Shown piece after piece: positions 18,624 to 30,653 of a stretch of DNA of 64,000 bases. This stretch comes from Patescibacteria group bacterium. GTDB taxonomy: Bacteria > Patescibacteriota > Doudnabacteria > UBA920 > O2-02-FULL-48-8. The number at the start of each line of letters is the position of its first letter. The stretch's first letter is position 1. The position numbers were made by a program, and so were the translations under genes. Where the stretch lies: NCBI GenBank assembly GCA_036394315.1, contig DASWFI010000007.1, positions 3,984-67,983 on the forward strand, read 5' to 3'. The notes under the pieces were generated by a model. That model had not been told where the DNA came from. It made no database searches and was given only the letters and a program-made list of their open reading frames with translations.

Positions 18624-18992
18624 TTACTTTGGTTCAGAAGAAAGGCCCCGAATCGGTTTGAGCTCGGCTAGTTCCGCAGCTAAGTAATTATCCGCATCCG
18701 AGTAATCGATTTGTATGTTATGACCACGGACCGGATCAGGATGAGGGTACTTCTGGGCAGCTGCTATAGCTTGCTCACAGAGTAGCCGATATCGGGAAGC
18801 AATGAGCTGATGCGTCTCATCGCAGTAGATATTTCGACCTTCTTCGACTCCTCCTTCCTCGATTGAACGACTGCAACAATCGCAACGACGGACCCCCGCG
18901 TCGCTCCAGGGCAACCCGGGATAACACTTGATTACCTGAACCTTGCCAGCTTTCTTGCCAGCTTTCGCCGGTATTATCCGGGTTTTTCTCAT
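18624..18992 (-). CDS. Cys-rich hypothetical protein on a GC-rich (~52-55%) islet with a strong GGAGG SD
   Basis: 122 aa with CDCCSRS...YCDETH. The local GC is well above the ~40% background; GGAGG lies 5 nt upstream of the ATG. Confidence 0.5.
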   Translation of the reverse strand: MRKTRIIPAKAGKKAGKVQVIKCYPGLPWSDAGVRRCDCCSRSIEEGGVEEGRNIYCDETHQLIASRYRLLCEQAIAAAQKYPHPDPVRGHNIQIDYSDADNYLAAELAELKPIRGLSSEPK

Positions 18993-19209
18993 CCCCCCTC
19001 CAGGACATCATCATAGCAAATTAAAACTTGTGGATATTATGCCGAAAAAAACTGAACACAATCTAAAAGCTGAACGACGGGAAATCAAAAAACGTCCCCG
19101 CATGAAAATTTCCGGGGCGTCTTTGAAGCACCCCTCCAAATTCGCCGGACTCAAGATTGTAAAGAAAAAATAACATGTCTAGGCACAAAGGTGGCTAAAA
19201 AATAATACT

Positions 19210-20094
19210 ATGAATAAACTTATTGTCATCTTGGGTCCCACATCATCTGGCAAATCGTCGCTTGCCATCAAACTCGCCAAAAAATTCAAGGGCGAGATTA
19301 TTTCTGCCGACTCCCGCCAGGTTTACCAAGGCATGAACATCGGCACTGGCAAAGTGACTAGAGTCGAACAAAAAATGGTCCCCCATCACCTGCTGGATAT
19401 TGCCAACCCGAAAAAACAATTTTCAGTCGCGGAATTTAAACCATACGCGAATTTGGCGATAAGTAAAATTACGTCGAAAGACAAAGTTCCTTTTTTAGTC
19501 GGCGGCACGCCGTTTTGGATTTATGCTGTAATAGATGATTTACAAATTCCCGAAGTCGCACCGAATTTGAAACTTCGCAAACAGCTGGAAAAAAAATCCA
19601 CTTCTGAACTTTTTGCCATGCTCAAAAAACTGGATCCGAGGCGCGCAAAAAATATTGACGCGAAAAATCCACGCCGATTGATTCGCGCAATTGAGATTGT
19701 CAAAACTACAGGTAAGCCAGTCCCGGTTTCCGAACGGGTATTGCGTAAGGAATCTCTTTTAATTGGCCTTAAAAAAAATCAGAATAAATTATATAAACTA
19801 ATCGACGAGCGGCTTGAGACAAGGCTTAAACAAGGTATGATTGCAGAAGTTAAAAAGCTCTTAAAACAAAAAGTCAGCCATAAGCGGCTGCAGGAAATGG
19901 GACTAGAATATCGTTTTGTTTCATTGCATTTGCAAGGACATTTAACTTACGAGGAAATGGTGGTCCAGCTTAAAAATGCGATTCACAAATTCTCCAAACG
20001 CCAAATGAACTGGTTTAAGACCGACTCCCGCATCAAATGGATTACCACCGAAAAACAAGCCGAGAAACTAATTAACAAGTATTTAGACAGATAA
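19210..20094 (+). CDS. miaA: tRNA dimethylallyltransferase
   Basis: P-loop ILGPTSSGKS and ADSRQVYQGMNIGTGK. Confidence 0.9.
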   Translation: MNKLIVILGPTSSGKSSLAIKLAKKFKGEIISADSRQVYQGMNIGTGKVTRVEQKMVPHHLLDIANPKKQFSVAEFKPYANLAISKITSKDKVPFLVGGTPFWIYAVIDDLQIPEVAPNLKLRKQLEKKSTSELFAMLKKLDPRRAKNIDAKNPRRLIRAIEIVKTTGKPVPVSERVLRKESLLIGLKKNQNKLYKLIDERLETRLKQGMIAEVKKLLKQKVSHKRLQEMGLEYRFVSLHLQGHLTYEEMVVQLKNAIHKFSKRQMNWFKTDSRIKWITTEKQAEKLINKYLDR

Positions 20095-20122
20095 AACCGC
20101 CGTATTAGCGGCGGTTTTATCT
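20095..20122 (+). terminator. Rho-independent terminator after miaA
   Basis: AAACCGCCGtattaGCGGCGGTTTTATCT. Confidence 0.7.
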
Positions 20123-20437
20123 GGAAAACATTCTTTCGTATTTTTTAACAAGATTTTTCTGTTCATCATTAGCAGCTCTAACAGCTGCGCCAACAACTTT
20201 TTTACGTTCTTCCGAAGAGGCTTCAGTAAAAAAGGAATATACGCTTCTGTGCTTAGGTTTATTACCAAATATAATTCTAATTAGTTCTTTCATGTTATTA
20301 TTTTAACATATTTCCAAGCTATTGGTAGTTGAACAGTATAGTTAACGCCAGTTGCCGAGCCTATATATTTAGAAATTAATTCTTTCTTATGACTCCGAAC
20401 ATATGCCAACGCTTCATCAGAAGCTTTCTTTTCTTCA

Positions 20438-21898
20438 TCATTCATTAGAATTTTTCAATTCTTTCTTAAGTAACTCATTTATTTTTTGTGGATTCCCTTT
20501 GCCTTTCAGCTCTTTCATAGTCTGGCCGACGAGAAAGCCAAAAGACTTTTCGCCTTTTGTTTTTGCATCCTCGACTCCCTTAGGATTTGCAGCTATTACT
20601 TTCTTCACCGCTTCTAAAATTACACTTTCGTCCGAAACCTGATGCAAACCAAGCTCGTCCAAAATATTGGATGGATCTTCTCCAGTCACAAACATTTTCG
20701 CAAACACGTCTTTGGCCGCTAAGTTAGAAACTTTCCCCTCCCCGATCAGTTTGATCAGCTCGGCGAAACTCTCAGCGGTAACTTTTGATTGTTCGGGCAA
20801 TAAATTTTTCTCATTGATCGCGGCCAGAAACGGACCCAAAATCCAGCCTGCGACCATGGAACCTCGTTTTTGATCTGATTTAGTCCATTCCGCCAATTCA
20901 CTCATAACCTGCTCAAAATAGACTGAAAGCTCTTTGTAAGACACCAAGGTCTGCGATTCTTTTTCGTTCAACCCATATTCGTCCATGAACCGCGCCTTTC
21001 GTACTTTTGGCAATTCCGGCAATTGTTTTCGCAATTCCTCCAGCCATCCTTTCGTAAAATGCATGACGGGCAGATCCGGTTCCGGGAAATATCGGTAATC
21101 CTGGGATTCTTCTTTTGATCGCTGCGAGACGGTGATTGATTTATCATCGACCCAGCCCCGGGTTTCTTTGTCAGGAATTTTTCCTTCGTCCAAAAGTTCG
21201 GACTGGCGCGTAATTTCAAACTCGATCGCATTCGCCACGGCTCGAAAAGAATTCATATTTTTAACCTCCACCTTGTATGGTGGGAATCCTGTTTCGCCTT
21301 TTTTGCGCAAACTGATGTTCGCATCACAGCGCAAATGACCTTTTTCCATATCCGCATCTGACACGCCTAAATAGCGCATAATATTCTGTAATTCTTGTAG
21401 ATACTGCTTCGCTTCTTCCGAAGATCTGATGTCCGGTTCACTGACAATTTCCAGTAATGGCGTGCCGGCGCGATTCAGATCAACCAAACTAAAACCCTTC
21501 GCGTGAACCAACTTGCCCGCGTCTTCTTCCAGATGTGCCCTTGTAATTCCGATTTTTCTCACTTCACCGCCGATCACGACTTCCATCACCCCTTTGCCGT
21601 TGATGGGGTGGTCGAACTGCGAGATCTGATAGCCTTTCGGCAAATCGGGATAAAAATAATTTTTCCGGTCAAATTTCGAATATTCGGCAATTTCGCAATT
21701 CAATGCCAAACCAACCATGACGGATTTAAGCACTGCTTCGCGATTGATCACAGGCAAGGTTCCTGGCTGGCCAGTGCAGACCTCGCAAATATGCACGTTT
21801 GGCACCTGGCTTTCGGCATTTTTGCTCGAGCAAAACATTTTGCTCTGAGTTTTTAGCTGGACATGGACTTCAAGTCCTATAACTGGTTCGTAGGTCAT
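20438..21898 (-). CDS. gatB: Asp/Glu-tRNA(Asn/Gln) amidotransferase subunit B
   Basis: MTYEPVIGLEVHVQL... GatB/GatE N-terminus and a C-terminal GatB-YqeY domain. Confidence 0.95.
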   Translation of the reverse strand: MTYEPVIGLEVHVQLKTQSKMFCSSKNAESQVPNVHICEVCTGQPGTLPVINREAVLKSVMVGLALNCEIAEYSKFDRKNYFYPDLPKGYQISQFDHPINGKGVMEVVIGGEVRKIGITRAHLEEDAGKLVHAKGFSLVDLNRAGTPLLEIVSEPDIRSSEEAKQYLQELQNIMRYLGVSDADMEKGHLRCDANISLRKKGETGFPPYKVEVKNMNSFRAVANAIEFEITRQSELLDEGKIPDKETRGWVDDKSITVSQRSKEESQDYRYFPEPDLPVMHFTKGWLEELRKQLPELPKVRKARFMDEYGLNEKESQTLVSYKELSVYFEQVMSELAEWTKSDQKRGSMVAGWILGPFLAAINEKNLLPEQSKVTAESFAELIKLIGEGKVSNLAAKDVFAKMFVTGEDPSNILDELGLHQVSDESVILEAVKKVIAANPKGVEDAKTKGEKSFGFLVGQTMKELKGKGNPQKINELLKKELKNSNE

Positions 21899-22320
21899 GG
21901 ATTTGTGCTACGGATCCTGCTCGGCGATGTGGTTTGAGGAGAACTGTTTATTCCCTCTAAGGATTTAAGATTAAAATTTACTAAATCAGGATTAATCTCG
22001 TTTAAAAGCAAATAAGCACAGAAGAGAATCACAACTCCGATCAAGGCGCCTGTGATATATTCTTTTCCTTTGGTAGCTTGTTCTGCATTGCCAGCCGCAG
22101 TCATAAGATAATATCCACCCAACACCATCATCAGAAGAGCGAGCAATACTGCAACACCTAGCGACCAGACATAAATTTGGTTAATGCATCGCGGCAAAGC
22201 GCTGGCTTTATCTGCACTCCCCTGCACTGCGGACACGGTGCACGGATTAGTTTGAGCTATTGCTAACAGAGGAGCAAAGGCCATAGTAAAAATAAAAATA
22301 AATAATATTAATTTTTTCAT
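21895..22320 (-). CDS. Small secreted or membrane protein (signal peptide plus 2 TM; TrbC/VirB2-like topology) inserted between gatA and gatB
   Basis: MKKLILFIFIFTMAFAPLLAIAQ signal sequence, then two hydrophobic helices; 141 aa. Confidence 0.45.
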   Translation of the reverse strand: MKKLILFIFIFTMAFAPLLAIAQTNPCTVSAVQGSADKASALPRCINQIYVWSLGVAVLLALLMMVLGGYYLMTAAGNAEQATKGKEYITGALIGVVILFCAYLLLNEINPDLVNFNLKSLEGINSSPQTTSPSRIRSTNP

Positions 22321-23768
22321 AGTTTTGGTTTTAATTTCAGATTTAAAGCTTTTTCCAAAGCATGGCCTGCGTGGAATAATTTTTCTTCCGCAAAATGATT
22401 CGCGATCAACTGAATTCCCACTGGTAAACCTTCTTTCGTTACTCCAGCCGGAACGGACATGCCAGGCACGCCAGCGATATTTAAACCGACTGTAAAAATA
22501 TCCGCCAGATACATGGACAGCGGATCTGATTTTTCGCCAAACTTAAACGCTGGCGTGGGAGTGGTCGGGGTCACGATCAAATCAAATTTTTTGAATGCAT
22601 CAATGAAATCCTTGCGGATAAGCTGTTGCGCGGCACGGGCTTTTTTGTAATAAGCGTCGAAGTAGCCGGCCGAGGATGCGTATGTCCCGATCATGATTCG
22701 CCGCTTGGGCTCCGGGCCAAAGCCCTGAGATCTCGTATTATAATAAACTTCTTCCAGCGTCTGGCCTGGGATCGACAGCGGATAACGGATGCCATCGTAG
22801 CGGGAAAGATTGGCAGAAATTTCCACTGGCAAAATAATGTAATAACAAGCCAAGGCCAGCGAAAAATGCGGCAAGCTCATTTCAGAAACTGTTCCTCCCA
22901 TTTCTTCCATTTTCTTGATCGCTGACTGGATCACGGCTTTAACCTCTGGGTCTATGCCCTCACCAAAACATTCTTTAGGCACGCCGATTTTCATGCCCTT
23001 CAAATCTTCTTTCAGAAATTGCGAATAATCAGGAACTGGTTTGAGTAAAGCGGTCGAATCATGGACATCGCTACCTGCCATGAGTTGGAGCACGGCGGCG
23101 GCATCTTCCACGGTTTTGGCCAAAACCCCGGGCTGGTCCAAAGACGAACCCAATGCTATCAGTCCATATCTGGAACAGCGGCCATATGTGGGCTTAAATC
23201 CCACAATGCCACAGAAAGACGCGGGCTGACGTACCGAACCCCCCGTGTCAGTCCCTAAGGCAAACAAAACCTGGCCTGACGCCACAGCCACAGCCGAACC
23301 CCCGGATGAGCCTCCGGGGACGCGCGAAGTATCAAAAGGATTTCGAGATGGACCGAACGCCGAATTTTCCGTGGATGATCCCATGGCAAACTCATCAAGG
23401 TTGGTCTTGCCCATGAGTACCGGTGATTCTTCGTTCAATTTTTTTACAATTGTCGCGTCATAAGTGGCTTTATAGCCTTCCAAAATTTTGGATGCTGCCG
23501 TGGCCTGCATGCCTTTATATAAAATGTTATCCTTAAGCGCGTATGGAATTCCGGTCAACGAAAAGTTTTCTCCCTCCGCAATCACCATCTCGTCCACGTT
23601 CTGGGCCTGCACCAGTGATTCTTTTTCAGCCACATACAAAAAAGCGTGCAGTTTGTCATCCACTTCCTTGATTCGTTTCAGCGACATCTCGGCCAATTCC
23701 TTGGCGGAGACTTTCTTGTGCGCGATCAGCTCAGCCGCGGACTTGATTGTAAGATCTGTAAAGTCCAT
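22317..23768 (-). CDS. gatA: Glutamyl-tRNA(Gln) amidotransferase subunit A
   Basis: Amidase signature GGSSGGSAVAVASG. Confidence 0.95.
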   Translation of the reverse strand: MDFTDLTIKSAAELIAHKKVSAKELAEMSLKRIKEVDDKLHAFLYVAEKESLVQAQNVDEMVIAEGENFSLTGIPYALKDNILYKGMQATAASKILEGYKATYDATIVKKLNEESPVLMGKTNLDEFAMGSSTENSAFGPSRNPFDTSRVPGGSSGGSAVAVASGQVLFALGTDTGGSVRQPASFCGIVGFKPTYGRCSRYGLIALGSSLDQPGVLAKTVEDAAAVLQLMAGSDVHDSTALLKPVPDYSQFLKEDLKGMKIGVPKECFGEGIDPEVKAVIQSAIKKMEEMGGTVSEMSLPHFSLALACYYIILPVEISANLSRYDGIRYPLSIPGQTLEEVYYNTRSQGFGPEPKRRIMIGTYASSAGYFDAYYKKARAAQQLIRKDFIDAFKKFDLIVTPTTPTPAFKFGEKSDPLSMYLADIFTVGLNIAGVPGMSVPAGVTKEGLPVGIQLIANHFAEEKLFHAGHALEKALNLKLKPKL

Positions 23769-24053
23769 TTATTCCAGGATGCTCTTAACTTTAATAAATT
23801 TCCCTTCTCTTGCCGGTGCTTGTGCCAAGAAAATTTCCGGATCAGTCATTTCTTCCGCCACATCATCCCGCATTAGATTTAAAGCGTCCGCGTCATAGGT
23901 TTCTGTCTCTACTTTATCACCCACGGCTTTGAGCTGGTCCACATAATTCAAAATCTCCGACAGCTCGTGCTGTAATTTTTGTTTCTCTTCATCAGAAAAA
24001 GAAAGCCTCGCGAGCTTTGCAATTCTGTTGACTTCATCCAGGGAAATTGCCAT
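23769..24053 (-). CDS. gatC: Glutamyl-tRNA(Gln) amidotransferase subunit C
   Basis: About 94 aa, MAISLDEVNRIAKLARLSFSDEEK, directly upstream of gatA. Confidence 0.85.
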   Translation of the reverse strand: MAISLDEVNRIAKLARLSFSDEEKQKLQHELSEILNYVDQLKAVGDKVETETYDADALNLMRDDVAEEMTDPEIFLAQAPAREGKFIKVKSILE

Positions 24054-24104
24054 ATTTGATAATTAATTATACCACATTTATAATGAGCTTAGAAAGGACT
24101 AATT

Positions 24105-24680
24105 ATGTTATATTTTTGGATAATATTGATATTGCTGGTGTTAGGGCTGATCGGCATCTATAACAGCCTCATCCAGTCCCGTAATCGGGTGGATGAAGCG
24201 TGGTCAGACATCGAAGTTCAGCTCAAACGCCGCTACGATCTGATCCCCAATCTGGTCAATACGGTAAAGGGCTATGCGGCTCATGAGCAAGGGACTTTGG
24301 ATAAAGTTACGGAGGCAAGGGCCCACGCCACGAGTATTACCATGGATCCGACTAAACTCGATGCCGCACAGATGGCCAAATTCCAGGCTGCACAGGGCGA
24401 ATTGAGTTCTGCCTTAGGGCGACTGCTCGCGGTGGCGGAACAATACCCGGATCTAAAGGCCAATCAAAATTTCCTGAATCTGCAATCCAATCTTACGGAC
24501 ACGGAAGACAAGATCCAGGCAGCCAGACGATTCTACAATGGCAACGTCCGCGACTACAATACTAAACTCCAAGTGTTCCCAACCAACATGATTGCCGGCT
24601 TGTTCCATTTCACTACCCGTACTTTCTTCGACATCGATGACAAAGGACCGGAAAGCCAGCCAGTGAACGTACAATTTTAA
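24105..24680 (+). CDS. lemA: LemA family membrane protein
   Basis: N-terminal TM, then ...RNRVDEAWSDIEVQLKRRYDLIPNLV..., a LemA signature; paired with htpX. Confidence 0.8.
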   Translation: MLYFWIILILLVLGLIGIYNSLIQSRNRVDEAWSDIEVQLKRRYDLIPNLVNTVKGYAAHEQGTLDKVTEARAHATSITMDPTKLDAAQMAKFQAAQGELSSALGRLLAVAEQYPDLKANQNFLNLQSNLTDTEDKIQAARRFYNGNVRDYNTKLQVFPTNMIAGLFHFTTRTFFDIDDKGPESQPVNVQF

Positions 24681-24757
24681 AAAAGGGACAAAATAAAAAG
24701 TATTTAGTATCAAAGAGGCGATGCCCTTTATACTTTATACTACCCTTTAAACTTTCC

Positions 24758-25669
24758 ATGATTTACTCCGAAATTTCTTCTAACAAACGAAAGACTGCTT
24801 TATTGATCACATTTTTCCTGGTGCTGATCATCGCGTTAGGATACGTCTTTTCGCTTTATGCGAATCAACCGCTGCTTCTCCCGATCGCTGTGGGCATCTC
24901 CGTGGCCATGAGTTTTTTCAGTTATTTCTTTTCAGATAAAATTGTATTGGCCATGTCCCAGGCGCACGAAATCCAACGTGCGGATGATGAAGAGCTTTAT
25001 CGCACCGTAGAAAATCTGGCCATTGCCGCAGGCTTGCCTACTCCTAAAATTTATCTGATCGACGATACGGCACCCAACGCTTTTGCCACAGGCAGGGATC
25101 CGCAGCATGCGGTGGTTGCGATTACCACGGGTCTTCGCCAAAAATTGACCAAACCGGAATTGGAAGGGGTTATGGCGCACGAGCTATCCCACATCGGTAA
25201 TTATGACATTCGGCTTAGCACCATTATTGTAGTTTTGGTAGGCGTGGTTACGCTCCTTGCGGATTGGATGCTGCGGATGTCATTCTATGGCCGGCGGAGA
25301 TCCGACTCCAGTGAAGGTGGCCAGGTAGGAGCGATTATTATGATTGTGGGGGTCGTGCTGGCTCTGCTCTCCCCCATCGCCGCAACTTTGATTCAGCTTG
25401 CCATCTCCAGAAAACGAGAATATTTAGCCGACGCTTCCGGCGCGCTGCTAACTAGATATCCGGAAGGACTGGCTTCAGCGCTTAAAAAAATCGCTGAGGA
25501 TAGCGAACCATTGGAAGCGGCAAATAAAGCCACGGCGCACCTATACATAGTCAACCCGCTCAAAGAACATAGTGGCAGCAGTAATGGAGTTAGTTGGTTT
25601 GCGAACCTCTTCCAAACCCACCCCCCGATCCAGGAACGAATTGAAAGATTGGAAGAGATGGAAAAATAA
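24758..25669 (+). CDS. htpX: M48-family zinc metalloprotease HtpX
   Basis: HELSHIGNYD (HExxH) and multiple TM helices; a terminator hairpin follows at about 25690-25725. Confidence 0.85.
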   Translation: MIYSEISSNKRKTALLITFFLVLIIALGYVFSLYANQPLLLPIAVGISVAMSFFSYFFSDKIVLAMSQAHEIQRADDEELYRTVENLAIAAGLPTPKIYLIDDTAPNAFATGRDPQHAVVAITTGLRQKLTKPELEGVMAHELSHIGNYDIRLSTIIVVLVGVVTLLADWMLRMSFYGRRRSDSSEGGQVGAIIMIVGVVLALLSPIAATLIQLAISRKREYLADASGALLTRYPEGLASALKKIAEDSEPLEAANKATAHLYIVNPLKEHSGSSNGVSWFANLFQTHPPIQERIERLEEMEK

Positions 25670-25823
25670 TTCTTGGCGAGTGAAATAGAGCCTTCAAAAA
25701 GGCTCTATTTTGTTTTGAAGACCCTAGCGCGGCCAGCCTTTTCTCATTCTCGCAGCCCATCTTAATCTTCTCGCCTCTTTAATTCTTGCGCTTTACGCCC
25801 GGTCGAGAATATTTTGCAATATC

Positions 25824-26252
25824 TCATTTCTGCCTATTCGAAATTATTTTACTTATTATTTCTGAACGAAAACCTTTGCGTTGCAATTTCTGGGCGAGTT
25901 TTAATTTATCTGTTTCTTTTTCTCGCTCAACCACTCGCATTGCTATCTGCAATTCGTCCTCGACGGACAAATTTTCTTTTAACAAAATTTCTGCTTCATT
26001 GCTTGCAATCCCCCGCTGCATTAGTTTAGCCTTAAGCATATAGAAACCAAAAGTTTTATTTCGTAGCAATTCATCCAGATACATTTGGGCAAAGTTCTCA
26101 TTGTCAAACAGCTTTTCATGGGCTAATTTTTGGATAACAGCCGCTACAACGTCACGATCAAAGCCTCGCATAAGAAGCTTTTTGGTCAGCTCTGCCGAAT
26201 GATGTGGCCTGATTTTCAGCAACTTTATGGCTTTTTCATAAGCTTTTTCCAT
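25824..26252 (-). CDS. recX: RecX-like regulatory protein
   Basis: 142 aa alpha-helical repeat protein with RecX-like repeats ...SAELTKKLLMRGFDRDVVAAVIQKL..; no recA in the window. Confidence 0.65.
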   Translation of the reverse strand: MEKAYEKAIKLLKIRPHHSAELTKKLLMRGFDRDVVAAVIQKLAHEKLFDNENFAQMYLDELLRNKTFGFYMLKAKLMQRGIASNEAEILLKENLSVEDELQIAMRVVEREKETDKLKLAQKLQRKGFRSEIISKIISNRQK

Positions 26253-26320
26253 GATACTTGACCTTTATATACTAAGGACTTGACTTATCTGGTATAATAT
26301 AAGTATAGTATATCTCAAAT

Positions 26321-28843
<2,523 letters not shown>

Positions 28844-28932
28844 ATTAGTGTTCAGAAAATCTAAAAAAACTAGGCAGGGAATTCCTTGACCTAGTTTTTC
28901 ATATTTCTTGCCTTGTTTGCAACAAAGAAATC

Positions 28933-29833
28933 TTATTTGTGTGAAAGTTGCCAACTGTCCCCGACTAACCGGGAAGAGTCAGTGCTATCTAAATTATATG
29001 CGCTCACGAAGATGAGCCACTTACCAGCACGAGCAGTATATTCCGGATATTCTCCAACTTTTCGCTCTGCAAATAGCCAATAAACGTCTTTTACGTGTGA
29101 GGGCTTGATTTCTTCTGTCATATTTATAGAATACAGACAATTTGACTCTGCTATTGACAAAGCCTCAAAACCAGCTATAATGTAATCAAACATCAGCTGA
29201 ACACCGACCTTCCGGCGGGTCTCTCGCAAGAGATAGGCTGTTCCACCTAACCATGGTGGTTTTTTAATTGGTCTGGATTTTTTGTAGAATACCTTTCTGA
29301 AACACCCACTCAAATTCTTTTGTGTATTTCTGGCCTTCCAAATAATCCCTGACAAATCCAGCAATAGCGTCAGCAAGACGAAGCAAGGGATCGCTTTCGT
29401 CTCTCATGCCTCGGACTTTGCGAACATTAATGCGAAGATGTCTTAAACTTGCGGCAAATTGCATGGCTTCGGGATATCTCAATCCATCAACCACAATTGT
29501 CGCTTTATAATCAGCTTCACCAGCTTTCATTAAGATAGCACGAGCAGTTGCTAAAATCGTAAGGTCAAGATAGGCACTAGTATGCTCGTAGCTAGCGAAA
29601 AATAATGAATTGATAAATAGAGGCGAGGAAAAAATAGCTTTAATGTATTCAATCTTTCGAGAAAAAACTGCACGCCGCCACTTCTTTAAGCTTTTACCGG
29701 TTTCTTTCTCAATCCGTTCAGCTTCAGTAGTAAGTTTATCACGCTCGTCATCTGTCACGACCAAGGCAACCAAAAATAACTCACCCTTGGTATCCTGACC
29801 TGTTTCGTCTACATAACAATAGAGCTTTTGCAT
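28933..29833 (-). pseudogene. DUF3800-like gene apparently disrupted by a frameshift at an A-run (two overlapping ORFs, 29264-29833 and 28933-29376)
   Basis: N-terminal YCYVDETG motif typical of DUF3800. The two reading frames overlap across caaaaaatc / ttaaaaaacc homopolymers around 29264-29376. Adjacent to tRNA-Ser. Confidence 0.45.
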
Positions 29834-29918
29834 TTTTTAACTGCTTTTTTTCATTTGCCAAGAAAATCTATTATCCAACATTTTAGGTACTCGAGTCTTG
29901 TTCGATAACAGGTTCTCT

Positions 29919-30009
29919 TGGCGGAGAGAGTGGGATTCGAACCCACGGGACGGCTATTAACCGTCGCAGGTTAGCAACCTGCTGCCTTAAGCCACTCGGC
30001 CATCTCTCC
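29919..30009 (-). tRNA. tRNA-Ser(GCU), type II, CCA encoded
   Basis: GGAGAGAUGGCCGAGUGG...GCAGG-UUGCUAA-CCUGC...long variable arm...GUGGGUUCGAAUCCCAC-UCUCUCC-G-CCA. Confidence 0.9.
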
Positions 30010-30107
30010 ACGATACAGCTAATTTTAGCCCAAATTTGAGGCTTAAGTCAATTATGCTACACTAAATTTGACTTTGTAACAAATTTTCAGGATAATCGTC
30101 TTAGTTT

Positions 30108-30653
30108 ATGACGGAAGAACAGTTAAAACAAATATTCAAGGAAGCTCAAAATGGCGATACAGCGGCCTTTGCCTTGATTTACGACCATTTTTCTGCCAAG
30201 ATTTATAAATTTATATTCTTCCGCGTCGGCCACAAAGAAGTTGCCGAAGACGTTCTTTCCGATACTTTCGTTAAGGGTTGGCAGAAAATCAATCAAGTAA
30301 ACTCCCCTAGCGCTCTCTCCGCCTGGCTCTATCAGATCGCGAAAAATAACATCATTGACTATTATCGCCTAAAGAAAGAAACTGTGGCGCTGGAAGATGT
30401 TCAGGATTTTCTCGAAGATGAAGTTAATCCCATCGATCTGACCAGCCTGAATATCCAACAGAAAAAAATCCTCGATGTTCTGCATGAATTACCGGCTGAG
30501 CAGCAAGAAGTGATTAAATATAAATATTTTGAAGATTTATCAAACGAAGAAATAGCCTACATTCTCGGCAAAAATGAAGGTACCATACGAGTAATCCAGC
30601 ATAGGGCCTTAGCCAAGCTTAAAGAAATACTTCAGCAAAAATATGGAAACTAA
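30108..30653 (+). CDS. ECF-type sigma-70 family RNA polymerase sigma factor
   Basis: Region 2 (..FALIYDHFSAKIYKF..) and region 4 HTH (..EVIKYKYFEDLSNEEIAYILGKNEGTIRVIQHRALAKL). A TTGACT-17-GATAAT promoter lies upstream. Confidence 0.8.
   Translation: MTEEQLKQIFKEAQNGDTAAFALIYDHFSAKIYKFIFFRVGHKEVAEDVLSDTFVKGWQKINQVNSPSALSAWLYQIAKNNIIDYYRLKKETVALEDVQDFLEDEVNPIDLTSLNIQQKKILDVLHELPAEQQEVIKYKYFEDLSNEEIAYILGKNEGTIRVIQHRALAKLKEILQQKYGN

Noticed and set aside
20083-20292. A ~70 aa minus-strand ORF overlapping the miaA terminator.
   Set aside because: Its C-terminus is encoded by the terminator hairpin itself. There is no SD or homology signal, though a small protein is not excluded.
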